Positions 47,481 to 58,362 of a DNA stretch of 64,000 nucleotides are shown here, piece after piece. Where the stretch lies: NCBI GenBank assembly GCA_036170915.1, contig JAVHQC010000035.1:224001-288000 (forward strand). Reading direction: 5' to 3'. The stretch is from Cyanobacteria bacterium auto_48_18. GTDB taxonomy: Bacteria > Cyanobacteriota > Vampirovibrionia > Obscuribacterales > Obscuribacteraceae. Within the stretch, counting starts at the first letter, position 1. Each line of letters starts with the position of its first letter. A model generated the notes under the pieces. It saw only the letters and a list, made by a program, of their open reading frames with translations, was not told the DNA's origin and made no database searches. Made by a program: the position numbers and the translations under genes.

Positions 47481-48821
47481 ATGACGGCTGAAAAAATAAA
47501 AACCGAAAGTCCAAATCAGAGCATCATGCCGGTGACGGCCGCGATTAACGAGCACAATCACCTCACTGTGGGTGGCATCGACGTGGTTGACCTGGTGCAA
47601 GAATTTGGCAGCCCGCTCTGGATTGTGTGCGAAGAAACTATTCGCCAATCTGCCGAGGCCGTCAAACTCGGATTGAGCAATTATGGTCAGGCCCTGCCAT
47701 GTTATGCCGGTAAGGCATTTTTGTGCCTGGCACTAGTAAAGCTAATTGCAGATCTCGATTTTGGCCTTGACGTTGTCTCAGAAGGCGAATTATTCACAGC
47801 ACTGAAAGCCGGTTTTCCTGCTGAGAAAATTTTCTTTCATGGAAACAACAAAAGCGATCGCGAATTAAAAATGGCTCTCAATGCCGCAATTAAAATCGTT
47901 GTCGACAACGAAAGTGAGTTAGCGACTCTCATCGCTTTAGCTAAACCGCTGAGAAGAAAAGTAGAAATTCTCCTGCGCATTATTCCTGGTATAGAACTTG
48001 ACACCCACGACCATATTAAAACCGGCCACGATAAAAGCAAATTTGGTATTCCCTTAGATCAACTGGGCGCCGCCATTGAACTGATTGCCAGCCAGAAGAA
48101 TGTTGAATTACTGGGGCTGCATGCTCATATCGGCAGCCAGGGTATGGACCTTGAGCCTTTTCTCGAAAGTGTGGACGTATTTGCCGAGCTCTATGCCAAT
48201 CTAAAAGACAAATACAATCTCACACTGCCGCATCTAGACGTGGGCGGCGGCCTGGGCATTGCCTACACAGCCGATGATCATCCTCTGGCACTGCAAAGCT
48301 GGGCTCGAGCGCTAAGCGTAAAAGTCAAAGAAGCTTTCAACGCTAGAAATTTGCCCATCCCCGAACTTTCTGTCGAACCAGGACGCGCAATTGTCGGCAC
48401 CTCAGGGGTAACCGTTTATCAGAGTGGCCACTTAAAAGAATTGCCAGGAATAAACTACCTGGCTGTAGACGGCGGCATGGCCGACAACCCTCGGCCGATT
48501 ACCTATCAAGCAAAATATACCGCTGCAGTAGCCAATCGCATGGTCGGCGAGCATGACAAAATCAAGCCCTGGTCAATCGTTGGCAGATATTGCGAATCGG
48601 GCGACATAATTGTAGAAGAAGCAAAATTGGACGCCCGGGAGGGTGATTTGATTGCTGTATTTGCCACAGGTGCATACAATTACAGTATGTCATCCAATTA
48701 CAATCGCACAGCCAGACCAGCCTGCGTGCTGGTGAAAAACGGCCGGGCCGAAATAATTCTGGAGCGCGAGACACTTAAAGATTTAGTCAGCCACGACCGT
48801 ATTCCCAGTTGGCTAACTTGA
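47481..48821 (+). CDS. lysA: Diaminopimelate decarboxylase
   Basis: YAGKAF (PLP Lys), DVVSEGE, HGNNK, SKFG, HAHIGSQ, EPGR, CESGD. Confidence 0.97.
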   Translation: MTAEKIKTESPNQSIMPVTAAINEHNHLTVGGIDVVDLVQEFGSPLWIVCEETIRQSAEAVKLGLSNYGQALPCYAGKAFLCLALVKLIADLDFGLDVVSEGELFTALKAGFPAEKIFFHGNNKSDRELKMALNAAIKIVVDNESELATLIALAKPLRRKVEILLRIIPGIELDTHDHIKTGHDKSKFGIPLDQLGAAIELIASQKNVELLGLHAHIGSQGMDLEPFLESVDVFAELYANLKDKYNLTLPHLDVGGGLGIAYTADDHPLALQSWARALSVKVKEAFNARNLPIPELSVEPGRAIVGTSGVTVYQSGHLKELPGINYLAVDGGMADNPRPITYQAKYTAAVANRMVGEHDKIKPWSIVGRYCESGDIIVEEAKLDAREGDLIAVFATGAYNYSMSSNYNRTARPACVLVKNGRAEIILERETLKDLVSHDRIPSWLT

Positions 48822-48847
48822 AACCAGGCAGTTCAATTTGAGGTTTC

Positions 48848-49738
48848 ATGCCAGATCTGAGCGATTTCATCAAACAAATTGATTTGCTCACATGGGGCAA
48901 AACACTGCTGCAAGTGCTGATTGTATTTTACGCAGTGCTTTGGGTCTGGCGACGTATTGTCGGCACGCACGCAGAGCGTCTGGTCAAGGGTTTGCTGGTG
49001 CTGGCAGCCATCAGCCTGGCTTCCTCGTGGCTGCAGCTTACTTTGATCACTTCAATTTTGCATCATCTAATTCCGGCGGCAGCTCTGGCACTGGTTATGG
49101 TTTTCCAGCCGGAAATCAGGCGGGGTCTAGGCTACCTTGGCCGCGTGCAAACCTTCAAATTTGATCTTTCACTGACCAATAGCGATGCTACTCGCACCAG
49201 TCGTGATATCACTCAAATAATTCAAGCAGTCACCGAATTATCGCGCACCAAAACCGGTGCCCTGATAGTAATTGAACCTCCAGAAGGAGAACGCGATTAT
49301 TTGAGCCCCGGCACACCAGTCAATGCTGATATTTCAGCCACTCTACTGCTGGCTTTGTTCTTTCCTAAATCGCCCCTGCATGATGGCGCGGTGGTGATTC
49401 GCAAGCAAAAGATTGTGGCCGCTGGTGTGATTTTGCCCATGACCGACAATGCGAAACTATCATACAAGTATGGCACCAGACACCGGGCGGCCATAGGCCT
49501 GTCAGAAACCTACGACGGTCTTTGTATAGTGGTGTCTGAAGAAACCGGCGCGATTTCGGCAGCCAGCCGGGGCATGCTGGCTAGCTATGCTACTGCCGAA
49601 GACCTTACAGATCCTATTGCTTACCTTTACTATCAGGGCAGCGAAGAACAGCATACAAGCCCGCTCAACTCATTCATGTCGCTTTTTGGACGGGGCAAAA
49701 ATGAAGCGGTGCCGGCAAGCAAATCTTCAGAAGTTTAA
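48848..49738 (+). CDS. cdaA: Membrane diadenylate cyclase CdaA
   Basis: 3 TMs, FQPEIRR, PLHDGA, GTRHRAA, VVSEETG. Confidence 0.95.
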   Translation: MPDLSDFIKQIDLLTWGKTLLQVLIVFYAVLWVWRRIVGTHAERLVKGLLVLAAISLASSWLQLTLITSILHHLIPAAALALVMVFQPEIRRGLGYLGRVQTFKFDLSLTNSDATRTSRDITQIIQAVTELSRTKTGALIVIEPPEGERDYLSPGTPVNADISATLLLALFFPKSPLHDGAVVIRKQKIVAAGVILPMTDNAKLSYKYGTRHRAAIGLSETYDGLCIVVSEETGAISAASRGMLASYATAEDLTDPIAYLYYQGSEEQHTSPLNSFMSLFGRGKNEAVPASKSSEV

Positions 49739-50520
49739 ACAACAGCCAACTCTTCTACAATCAGGCGGGCAGCAGCTTTGCGATCTTTGGCCTTAACAAT
49801 AGGTCGACCGACAACAATATAATCGGCACCACGGGCAATGGCATCTCCAGGCGTAACAATACGTGATTGATCATTTGCTTCCGCCCATTTTGGTCTGATA
49901 CCCGGCGTGACAATAAGAAAATCATCGCCGCATGCCTCTCTAATTGCCGCTGCTTCTTGAGCCGATGCCACCACCCCGTCAAGGCCACACCGTTGTGCCA
50001 TCTTAGCCAGATAGGGCACCATTTGCGGCAGTGGCAATTGTACTTTCAACTCGTCTTCTAGAGCTCGGCCGTCCATGCTGGTTAAAATAGTGACGGCAAT
50101 TAAAGCTGGTCTATTTGCCAAAGCCGCGGGTGTAAGCGACCCGCTTGCTTTCAATTCGCCGTAGGCTTCAGCACTGGCTCTGGCTGCCGCTTCCATCATG
50201 GCTACGCCGCCCATGGCGTGGAGATTGAATATATCTACCGATTGCCTTACCGCCGCCTTGCAAGCATGAGCCACGGTATTGGGAATGTCGTGAAATTTAC
50301 CGTCAAAGAACAATTTCACGCCATATTCTTTAGCCAGTGCAAATAAAGTGGTGCCGCAAGCAGTGAACAATTCAAGACCACACTTGAAGACGCCCACATC
50401 ATCTTTCAGTTCTTCAATCAGAGCCCGCGCCTCTGCCTCAGACGAAACATCAAGGGCCACAATCAATCTGTCTTTAGGGGTCAGTTGCCTTTTCACGCCG
50501 TCATCCTTATATACTTGCAT
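49735..50520 (-). CDS. pyrF: Orotidine-5'-phosphate decarboxylase
   Basis: VALD, DGKFHDIPNT, VTILTS, TPGIR, DQSR, VVGRPI. Confidence 0.97.
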   Translation of the reverse strand: MQVYKDDGVKRQLTPKDRLIVALDVSSEAEARALIEELKDDVGVFKCGLELFTACGTTLFALAKEYGVKLFFDGKFHDIPNTVAHACKAAVRQSVDIFNLHAMGGVAMMEAAARASAEAYGELKASGSLTPAALANRPALIAVTILTSMDGRALEDELKVQLPLPQMVPYLAKMAQRCGLDGVVASAQEAAAIREACGDDFLIVTPGIRPKWAEANDQSRIVTPGDAIARGADYIVVGRPIVKAKDRKAAARLIVEELAVV

Positions 50521-50557
50521 GGCATTGTACTATTAGAACTTTAGTAGGAACACACTG

Positions 50558-51607
50558 GTGCATTCGACTATTTTTATTGCCAGAGCTTGTTTTGTCACAA
50601 TGTTTCTGCTGGTCTTATCTTTAAGCCAGGGCCACTTGCAGCCCGCGGTGGCCGTCAATGCATCTCAGTTTAACCAGAACCTGGGCACAGGTATAAATCT
50701 CGGTAACGCTCTTGACGCACCCAAAGAGGGGGAATGGGGCGTAACTCTAGAAGCGGATTATTTTCGCCTGATAAAAGAAGCAGGGTTCAGCCATGTGCGC
50801 CTGCCCGTGCGCTGGTCAAGTCATGCCGACCAACAAGCCCCGTACAAAATAGACCCGAGCTTTATTGCCCGGGTACGTTGGGCGATTAAACAAGCAGGCC
50901 AGAATAATCTTAAAGTCGTGCTCAACATGCACCATTACGAAGAATTCGAGCTTGATCCGGATGCTCATAGAGAGCGCTTTTTGGCACTATGGAAACAAAT
51001 TAGCGAAGAATTCAAAAACGAGTCAATCGATCAAGTTGCTTTTGAAATTTACAATGAGCCGGCAAAAAAAATCAACGCCGCTTTCTGGAATAAATTGTTT
51101 GCTGAGGCACTAGCCATGGTGCGTAAGAATAATCGTGAGCGAATTATCGTTGTCGGCCCTGTGCAATGGAATAGCGTCACCGCGCTCGACACTTTGCAAT
51201 TGCCTGATGACAAAAACCTGCTGGTTACTATCCACTACTACGAACCATTCCACTTCACTCACCAGGGCGCAGAGTGGGTAGGAGCAGAGAGTAAAAACTG
51301 GCTGGGCACAACCTGGTCTGGCGACGCAGCACAAATGGCCGCAGTGGAAAGCGATTTCAACAAAGCGCAGAAGTGGGCTGCCGCTCGTGAGCGCCCCATT
51401 TATCTTGGTGAATTCGGCGCTTACAGCAAAGCCGACATGCCTTCTAGAGCTAAGTACACTCAGGCAGTGCGAGAAACAGCTATCAAGCATGGCTTTTCAG
51501 CGGCCTACTGGGAGTTCTGTTCAGGATTTGGCGCTTACGACACAACCAGCCGCAGCTGGCGTAAGCCACTCTGGGACGCGCTCATACCGACAAAAGCTGG
51601 CCATTGA
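50558..51607 (+). CDS. Exported GH5 endoglucanase/mannanase
   Basis: GINLGNALDAP.EG.WG, VRLPVRW, NMHHY, YNEP (acid/base), LGEFG (nucleophile), AYWEF; signal peptide. Confidence 0.92.
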   Translation: MHSTIFIARACFVTMFLLVLSLSQGHLQPAVAVNASQFNQNLGTGINLGNALDAPKEGEWGVTLEADYFRLIKEAGFSHVRLPVRWSSHADQQAPYKIDPSFIARVRWAIKQAGQNNLKVVLNMHHYEEFELDPDAHRERFLALWKQISEEFKNESIDQVAFEIYNEPAKKINAAFWNKLFAEALAMVRKNNRERIIVVGPVQWNSVTALDTLQLPDDKNLLVTIHYYEPFHFTHQGAEWVGAESKNWLGTTWSGDAAQMAAVESDFNKAQKWAAARERPIYLGEFGAYSKADMPSRAKYTQAVRETAIKHGFSAAYWEFCSGFGAYDTTSRSWRKPLWDALIPTKAGH

Positions 51608-51640
51608 AATAGAACCATTGACCAGGCAACCGCTGAACAT

Positions 51641-51675
51641 GAAAAGAGACCTGGCAACTAATCAATTGCCAAGTC
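51641..51675 (-). terminator. Intrinsic terminator of rpmE
   Basis: Minus strand GACTTGGCAATT-gatt-AGTTGCCAGGTC (12 bp including two G-U pairs), then TCTTTT. Confidence 0.7.
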
Positions 51676-51721
51676 GTCTTAAAAATAAATCACAAATAGC
51701 TTATCGCTTTGACACTAGAAA

Positions 51722-51946
51722 CTAAGGTGCAGCTGTAGTGGCTGCTCCATCGCGTTTGTAGCGCTTCATAAAGCGGTCTACACGACCTTCTGTGTCAACA
51801 ATTTTTTGTTGACCGGTATAGAAGGGGTGACAGGCGCTGCAAATTTCAACGCGAATCGCTTGTTTTGTGGAACCCAGCTTTACAGCATTACCGCAGACAC
51901 AGGTCGCGATAACTTCTGAATACTTGGGATGAATTCCTTCCTTCAT
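51722..51946 (-). CDS. rpmE: 50S ribosomal protein L31 (Zn-binding type)
   Basis: [29 protein letters not shown]. Confidence 0.97.
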   Translation of the reverse strand: MKEGIHPKYSEVIATCVCGNAVKLGSTKQAIRVEICSACHPFYTGQQKIVDTEGRVDRFMKRYKRDGAATTAAP

Positions 51947-52077
51947 GATGACACCCTGAATTTTTAGAATAAGGCAAAAGATACCACGCATTGAAAGGCC
52001 ATGCCGCTCCTCTCAACATTATCGTAAGGTCCCTTAACAGAAAACCTGAAAAGACTTCAATATCTATATTAGCGGAT

Positions 52078-52731
52078 CTACTGATTTATTGGTTGGGCCA
52101 CGTCAATTCCATCGCCTGTGGCCTGTGACACCCGCTCACCTTCGACATTGAGAAAGACTTTCGCCTTACCGGCCGCTGGCGCCACCTCTTCCACTGTGCG
52201 CTTGAGTTGATTCATGCGCATTTCAAAAGAATCAGCCCCACTACCAGCGAGAAAACGTTTTGAAAGATTGAGAGCAATGCCTTCGCCTTTGGCTTTCGTC
52301 ACTGAGATGAGAACAGTTCCTTTTGGAATTTCGCTGCCCAGGCCTTGCGCTTCTTCTTCAGCCTCTGGCCCTTTAACGAGCTCAGAGACTGCGCTCTCAA
52401 GCATTTGCATGATTGGAGTTTGACCAGCCTCTGCACTGCCTGACAGTCGTAAATTGCGTTTGACCGGAACGATTTCAAATTTGTCGTCGGCGCTTTTTAT
52501 AAACCAGACGTGACTTTGGCCACAACGCGGATCGCCTACCGGTGAATTGCCGCTCACCAGGCTGCCGCTTACCTTCTTCTTCTCTTGCAAAATCGTACGT
52601 TGACCGGCACACTGACTCAAAAGCGGAATTAAACTCACAAGCAGCATGAGCTGCACCAGCCTATTTCTATTTGTCATAAGTTTCCAATTTTTTGATTCCT
52701 TATCGAGTCGAGTCTTCTCATTTTTTGACAT
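52078..52731 (-). CDS. GerMN-domain lipoprotein
   Basis: Lipobox-like LSQC; L..GP..EE..G..SEIPKGT, LNLSKRF..GSG, VEGE; start uncertain. Confidence 0.75.
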   Translation of the reverse strand: MSKNEKTRLDKESKNWKLMTNRNRLVQLMLLVSLIPLLSQCAGQRTILQEKKKVSGSLVSGNSPVGDPRCGQSHVWFIKSADDKFEIVPVKRNLRLSGSAEAGQTPIMQMLESAVSELVKGPEAEEEAQGLGSEIPKGTVLISVTKAKGEGIALNLSKRFLAGSGADSFEMRMNQLKRTVEEVAPAAGKAKVFLNVEGERVSQATGDGIDVAQPINQ

Positions 52732-52784
52732 CAATAATTTGTTTAACAGTGCCACGAAAATACTGCCCAACGTCAAACTCTTCA

Positions 52785-55700
52785 TCATGTATTTGCACTC
52801 GCAGCCGCAGCGTCATGTTTTTGTCTTTTCATCGTGAAGCGAGCTAAAAGCGGTACGAATATAAGTGTAAACAAAGTGGAGAGAGAAAGTCCGCCGATGA
52901 CTGTTATGGCGAGCGGTCGATGCAATTCTGACCCGGCTCCGTGACTAAGCCACAACGGTGTCAGAGCAAGCAAGGTGCAAAGCGTTGTCATCAGTATTGG
53001 TCGCAATCGAATAATGCCTGCTTCTACTAAGGCTTCTTCAGGTGATAGTCCCTGATCTTGCAGACGGTTTGCGTATTCCAGTAAAATAATTCCGTTCTTT
53101 ACAACAAGCCCTACAAGCAGTATCAGTCCCATGAACGAAGAAACATTCAATGGCGTGCCAGTTCCAAGAAGAGCCAAACCAACACCAAGCATGCCGAGAG
53201 GTAAGACGAGCAGTATGGAAAGCGGCTGCAGGAATGAACGGAACTGAATGATCATCATGAGGTAAACAAGCGCGGTGGCAAGCAACAACACGAGCAATAG
53301 CTGCTGAAAGCTTTCTTGTTGACTCAGGTATATGCCACCGATGTTTACTGAAACACCCGTAGGAAGCGACATCGGTTTTAAAATGGTCCGAATTTCTTCA
53401 ACCGTGGAACCAAGATCACGCCCTTCTATACTGGCTTCAACAGACACATATCGTTGTTGGTGCTCTCGCAAAATTTCAACTTCGGAGTTAATCTGCGATA
53501 TGGTGGCTATGGAATTGAGTGGAAGCACAGAGCCATTTTTGCCTAGTATCTGCAACTGACCAATCATGTCAGGATTGAACCGAACTTTGTCAGGAAACCT
53601 AACACGCACATCAACAAATTTGTCTCCTTGCCTCATCTGTGTTGCAACTTGGCCTAAAAATGCCGCTTTTACTTGATCTGTTACGTCGAGCGGTGTAAGT
53701 AAAAGCCGTCCAGCGCGTAGTGGATCCACTTGTATGTCGAACTGTGGAGCGCTGTCCTGGCTAGTTAAGGCAAGGTCGACCAAACCGTGAATTTTTTTCA
53801 GTTTTGCTTCAATCGTCTCTGCAACGGATCTTATGGCTTCGCGATTCTCGCCGAAAACGCGTATCTCAACTGGATTTCCGGCACCGGCTAAGTCATTGAG
53901 CTGATCGGCCAGAATCGGGTGAAACTCGGTTTCAACCTGTGGAATTCGCTCAGCAATCTTGCTGCGCTGCTCGTCCATAACATCCGACGTTGAACGTTTA
54001 CGTTGATCGTGTGGCCTCAGAACGACAAGAATGTCGCCGGTGTTCGGTTGAGTAGCAAATAATCCGAGCTCAGCGCCGGTTCTCCGTGTCCATGCCATTA
54101 CTTCTGGAGTTTCACCCAATATTTTTTCAATTTGTTGGCAAATTTGATCGGTATGGGGTAAGGAAGTTCCGGCAGGCATCAAATAGTCCAGAACATAGCT
54201 GCCTTCGTCCATCTCTGGCAAAAAGTCAGTGCCTATTATTGTAAACAAAAAGTATGAGGTAACAAGGATTACGACGGCGAACAAACCAGCGGCCAGAGGA
54301 TGACAAAGCGATGTTTTCAATACTCGACGGTACCAATCCCCTTTTTGATTGCTTGCCTCTTCTTTCTCTTTTGCATGGTGGCTTTGTTGTTTCATAACTT
54401 GCGCGCAAAAAATGGGCACGACGAACAAGGCGAGGAACAATGAAAAGGCAACAGCGCTGGCAAGCGTGATAGTGAGGGCAGTGAAAAACTGACCGGCTAC
54501 CCCTGAGATGAATCCCAACGGCAGAAAAACAACTAGAGTGGTGGCAGTCGAACTGGTTACAGGACCGGCTAACTCTTGGACAGCAGCAATTACGGCTTGA
54601 TCTGAGGTTAGTCCTTTCTGTAGCTGCCGGTGGATGTTCTCAACAATGACAATCGCGTCGTCTATTACTAAGCCTAATGCAATGGCTAAGCCGCCTAGCG
54701 ACATCAGGTTAAGGCTTTGGTGCATCAATGCCATGGTCGCGAAAGCTGCGGCGGCGCATAACGGAATCGTAAGAGCCGCTATCAGAGTGCTTTTCCAAGA
54801 ACGTAAAAAAGCAAACAGAATCGCGATTATAAAAACAATTCCAATGGCGATCTCTTGGAGGATTGAAGCCAATGCCTGGCGCACTAGCCTCGATTGATCG
54901 TAAGCCTTGCTTATTTTCACGCCACTAGGGAGTGTGGTTTTGATGCGCTCTATTTCTGCAGCAACTCCGTCAGAGACAGCCACGACATTACTACTTGGCT
55001 GTCGGAAAATGTTGACGACAATACCCTCTTTCCCGTCTGCACTGATCACACTGAGCGGATCACGGAATGAATTTGCAATAGTGGCGATGTCTTTCAAGTA
55101 AATCGGTTCGCTGCCGGAACGCGCTATGACTAAGTCGTAAAGCTGCTCGGGCTTAACTGACTCACCTGGCCCGACGATCAAGTTTTGCTTGTATCGATCG
55201 TCAACTCGTCCCAAGACTTCAATTTGATTCGTCCTAGTAAGTGCTGTCGCCACATCCACAATACTGATTTTGTAAGCGGCGAGTTTTGCGGGATCAACCT
55301 GCACAGCCACTTCGGGTATTTTTCCAGCTTGAGTTATTGCTCGTGCTACTCCAGGAACTTGCAGCAAGCGTGGTTCTATTTCGTATCTCACTGTGTTGTA
55401 CAAGTCAGAATCAGGCACAGTATCAGACGTTATGTTGTAATTGAGGACGGGGAAAATCGCCGGTGTCACTGGCTCTACAATAAGAGAGGCCGAAGCAGGC
55501 AAGCTGGCTCGAATTTCCGCTATCCTTGCTTGCACTTGCTGCCAGGCAAAATTCATGTCTGTACCCGGCTGGAACTCTATGGACAGCTCGCTGGCCCCTC
55601 GAATCGTTTTTGAGCGAATCCACCTGACGCGATAGGCCTGACTGGCAGCTTCTTCCATGGGTCGGGTCACGGTCAAAAGAACACGATCCGGTGCAATATC

Positions 55701-55862
55701 ACCGACGGCACCGATAACGGCAATACGGGGGAAGGCTAGTTCGGGATATACATCACTAGGAAGAGATTGAAACGACAGCACGCCAGCGATTGTAATGAGC
55801 ACGATGAGAAAGTATAGAGCGCGGCTCTGCTTCAGTAAGTACTGAAGTATTTGGGTGATCAT
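52785..55862 (-). CDS. RND efflux permease (CusA/CzcA-like)
   Basis: SLGGLAIALGLVIDDAIV, FLPEMDEG, KNGII, RLRPILMT. Confidence 0.93.
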   Translation of the reverse strand: MITQILQYLLKQSRALYFLIVLITIAGVLSFQSLPSDVYPELAFPRIAVIGAVGDIAPDRVLLTVTRPMEEAASQAYRVRWIRSKTIRGASELSIEFQPGTDMNFAWQQVQARIAEIRASLPASASLIVEPVTPAIFPVLNYNITSDTVPDSDLYNTVRYEIEPRLLQVPGVARAITQAGKIPEVAVQVDPAKLAAYKISIVDVATALTRTNQIEVLGRVDDRYKQNLIVGPGESVKPEQLYDLVIARSGSEPIYLKDIATIANSFRDPLSVISADGKEGIVVNIFRQPSSNVVAVSDGVAAEIERIKTTLPSGVKISKAYDQSRLVRQALASILQEIAIGIVFIIAILFAFLRSWKSTLIAALTIPLCAAAAFATMALMHQSLNLMSLGGLAIALGLVIDDAIVIVENIHRQLQKGLTSDQAVIAAVQELAGPVTSSTATTLVVFLPLGFISGVAGQFFTALTITLASAVAFSLFLALFVVPIFCAQVMKQQSHHAKEKEEASNQKGDWYRRVLKTSLCHPLAAGLFAVVILVTSYFLFTIIGTDFLPEMDEGSYVLDYLMPAGTSLPHTDQICQQIEKILGETPEVMAWTRRTGAELGLFATQPNTGDILVVLRPHDQRKRSTSDVMDEQRSKIAERIPQVETEFHPILADQLNDLAGAGNPVEIRVFGENREAIRSVAETIEAKLKKIHGLVDLALTSQDSAPQFDIQVDPLRAGRLLLTPLDVTDQVKAAFLGQVATQMRQGDKFVDVRVRFPDKVRFNPDMIGQLQILGKNGSVLPLNSIATISQINSEVEILREHQQRYVSVEASIEGRDLGSTVEEIRTILKPMSLPTGVSVNIGGIYLSQQESFQQLLLVLLLATALVYLMMIIQFRSFLQPLSILLVLPLGMLGVGLALLGTGTPLNVSSFMGLILLVGLVVKNGIILLEYANRLQDQGLSPEEALVEAGIIRLRPILMTTLCTLLALTPLWLSHGAGSELHRPLAITVIGGLSLSTLFTLIFVPLLARFTMKRQKHDAAAASANT

Positions 55863-57007
55863 TTTGGTGGCGCTCCTCGTTCCAGTATGGTTCCATCAAC
55901 CACACCATAGCCACCTGATGTAACTACTTCATCGCCACTGGACAAGCCTTCAAATACAGGTACCAAGCCATCTTGAGCATCGCCGACCGTAACCTTTGTA
56001 AGCTTTAGCTTGCCGTTGCGAACAACATAAACGAAGTGCTCTGCAGGATCATCTGCGCCAGGAACGAAAGATGTTTGTGGAACAAGCGCCGCTCTGCTTG
56101 CCACTGTTGCAATGGCGACATTGACTTGTTGTCCTTCTTTAAGTCTTCCTTGATCATTGTTACAGAGTAATTGAATCGAAGACGTATTCTTTACGGTATC
56201 AACAATCGGACTAATCGCGGTTACTCTCGCATTGTATTTGATTCCGGGTAGTGCAACGGTGGTGATGATGGCCGTCTGGCCAACTCTAGGATCAGCGGGG
56301 GAATCCGCAGGCATGTTTGCATCAACAATTACCGAACTTAAGTTGACTACGTGCGCAATCGGTTTGCTGGGATCGGTCATGTCACCAACGTTCAAAAACC
56401 GTTGAGCAATAACGCCAGCGATGGGGGATACAACCTTTGTCCATGCCAGTTGAGTAGAAACATTCAATGGTGCGGCCTTTGCTTCTGCTACTCGGGCTTG
56501 AGCAGCTTCCACCTGGGCTTTCAACAAGTCAACCTGGCTCTGGGCAGCAATTACATCCTTTTCCGCAATGATATCTTTGGTAAATAAAGCCTCGGATCGA
56601 CTGAGGTTTTTTTGCGCAAGATCAAGTGCAATCTTTGCCTGCTCAACCTGACTGAGAGCAGTGCGTTGGGGCGCCGTTGACTGTTGAAGTTGCGCCACTA
56701 ACTGCTGGTCGTCCAGCACTGCAACAAGCTGGCCTTTTGAAACTTTTTGTCCTGGCACCACAAGAACTTTGTTTATTTTTCCTGCGATGTTAGGTGTTAT
56801 AGAAACTGAATGATCTGGCAAAGCAGTTATCGTTCCCGGGAATGTAAGGCGCTTCTGAACTAAGACTATGCTTATGCGCATTGTCGGAAGGGATACCCGG
56901 TGTACCGCTTCAGTTTCTTCCTCATGTTTGGCTGCTTCTGGTTTTGTGCATCCTTGTAGCAAAAAAGCGAATCCTAGTGTCACAAAAATTTTCGTAGACT
57001 TCATCAT
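55859..57007 (-). CDS. RND periplasmic adaptor (MFP) lipoprotein
   Basis: LQGC lipobox, GQKVSKGQL, SPIAGVI, helical hairpin. Confidence 0.92.
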   Translation of the reverse strand: MMKSTKIFVTLGFAFLLQGCTKPEAAKHEEETEAVHRVSLPTMRISIVLVQKRLTFPGTITALPDHSVSITPNIAGKINKVLVVPGQKVSKGQLVAVLDDQQLVAQLQQSTAPQRTALSQVEQAKIALDLAQKNLSRSEALFTKDIIAEKDVIAAQSQVDLLKAQVEAAQARVAEAKAAPLNVSTQLAWTKVVSPIAGVIAQRFLNVGDMTDPSKPIAHVVNLSSVIVDANMPADSPADPRVGQTAIITTVALPGIKYNARVTAISPIVDTVKNTSSIQLLCNNDQGRLKEGQQVNVAIATVASRAALVPQTSFVPGADDPAEHFVYVVRNGKLKLTKVTVGDAQDGLVPVFEGLSSGDEVVTSGGYGVVDGTILERGAPPK

Positions 57008-58362
57008 AAGAGTGGGTGTCCTACAGACTGTTCAAGGTCATTTAACGCAAGTTGGTATTCCAATATTGATTGGAGATATTGAGTGCGAAGAAGATTATTG
57101 CGTTGTTGAACATCAAGCACTGCGTTTATATCAGTGTGTCCCAATTTATAGCCGACATCGGTACTAACGACCAATTGCTCCGAAGTGGGAATTGCTTCTT
57201 TTATATATCGACGTATTTTTGCACGCGACATTTCTACACGGCGATAGGCCAATGCAACTTCAGATTCTATGATATTTCGCTGGCCTATTTCTGCCTTACT
57301 CCATTGATTGATTTCAGCCTTTGCTTTAGCTATTCGGCCTTGCTGTCGATCAAAAACCGGCAAGAACACTTGTGTTTGAACGTAGGGAACTTTTCGTAAC
57401 TGTGGTCCGTTTATCCGATCTTCGATCATCAATCCAGCGTTAACTAATCCACGTGGAAAGTTATCGCCTCTTGCCACTTTCAATTGCGCCCTTGCCACTT
57501 CAGCGGCTTGCTGAGCCACTTTAAGCTCGAATCTACTTTGAAATGCTTCTTCAACTAATTTTTGCCTGGGCGGCATCTCGGTCGAGAAATTTGGCAGAAG
57601 TCCAAAAGTGGTAGCCACGCTTTGCTCGTGCAGTAGTGAAGGCAGATTCATAGGACCATCAGCAGGTCTACCGATAAAAATATTTAGCTGTTCTCGATTG
57701 CGATCAATCATTATGTGCGCCTGTTCCGAATCTAATTCAGCTTGAATGACAGCCAGCTTCGCGCGATGAACATCAATCTTTGGCACATCGCCACTTTCAA
57801 ATCTGTTCTCCGCATTTGCATACAATCTTTTAGTGAGCGCCACCAGCTCATCTTGAGTAGCAGCTAGTTCCGAAGCCATTATCAATTCAGCGTACAGACG
57901 CCTTGCTTGACCTCGAAAATTCCACAGAACTTTGGCAAGCTCAAGATCGGCCTGCTCAACTTGCTTACGTGCGGCCATAAGGCGGAAAAGAATTAGCCAT
58001 GGCGCTTCAAATTGAATCATGCCCCCAAATTTATAAGTGAACTGAACTTGTAGATCAGTCATAACACCCGGATTGGGAAAGACCGTGGCTTGCTTGAGAG
58101 CTGACTTAGCTAAAGGTATTTGAGAGCGGGCCTGCTCAAGTCTTGGACTATTACTAAGACCTTCGTTCATTACCTGGTGAACAGTGACTATGCTGGAGCG
58201 CAGCAAGACAGTGTCTTGTTGCGGGGTCGACAAGGGCGGCTGCGGCACGGTTGCCGCATGCAACTTCCCATCTGGGCTTCCATAAATTAAGAGCACTAAA
58301 AGCAGACCGGTAATTGCTTGGCCACGTCTTTTTTTAGAAATCCATCTGGCCATGAGAGTCAT
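57004..58362 (-). CDS. TolC/CzcC family outer-membrane factor
   Basis: FPNP, RFESGDV, LPVFDRQQG, YKLG, LEQSVG. Confidence 0.9.
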   Translation of the reverse strand: MTLMARWISKKRRGQAITGLLLVLLIYGSPDGKLHAATVPQPPLSTPQQDTVLLRSSIVTVHQVMNEGLSNSPRLEQARSQIPLAKSALKQATVFPNPGVMTDLQVQFTYKFGGMIQFEAPWLILFRLMAARKQVEQADLELAKVLWNFRGQARRLYAELIMASELAATQDELVALTKRLYANAENRFESGDVPKIDVHRAKLAVIQAELDSEQAHIMIDRNREQLNIFIGRPADGPMNLPSLLHEQSVATTFGLLPNFSTEMPPRQKLVEEAFQSRFELKVAQQAAEVARAQLKVARGDNFPRGLVNAGLMIEDRINGPQLRKVPYVQTQVFLPVFDRQQGRIAKAKAEINQWSKAEIGQRNIIESEVALAYRRVEMSRAKIRRYIKEAIPTSEQLVVSTDVGYKLGHTDINAVLDVQQRNNLLRTQYLQSILEYQLALNDLEQSVGHPLL

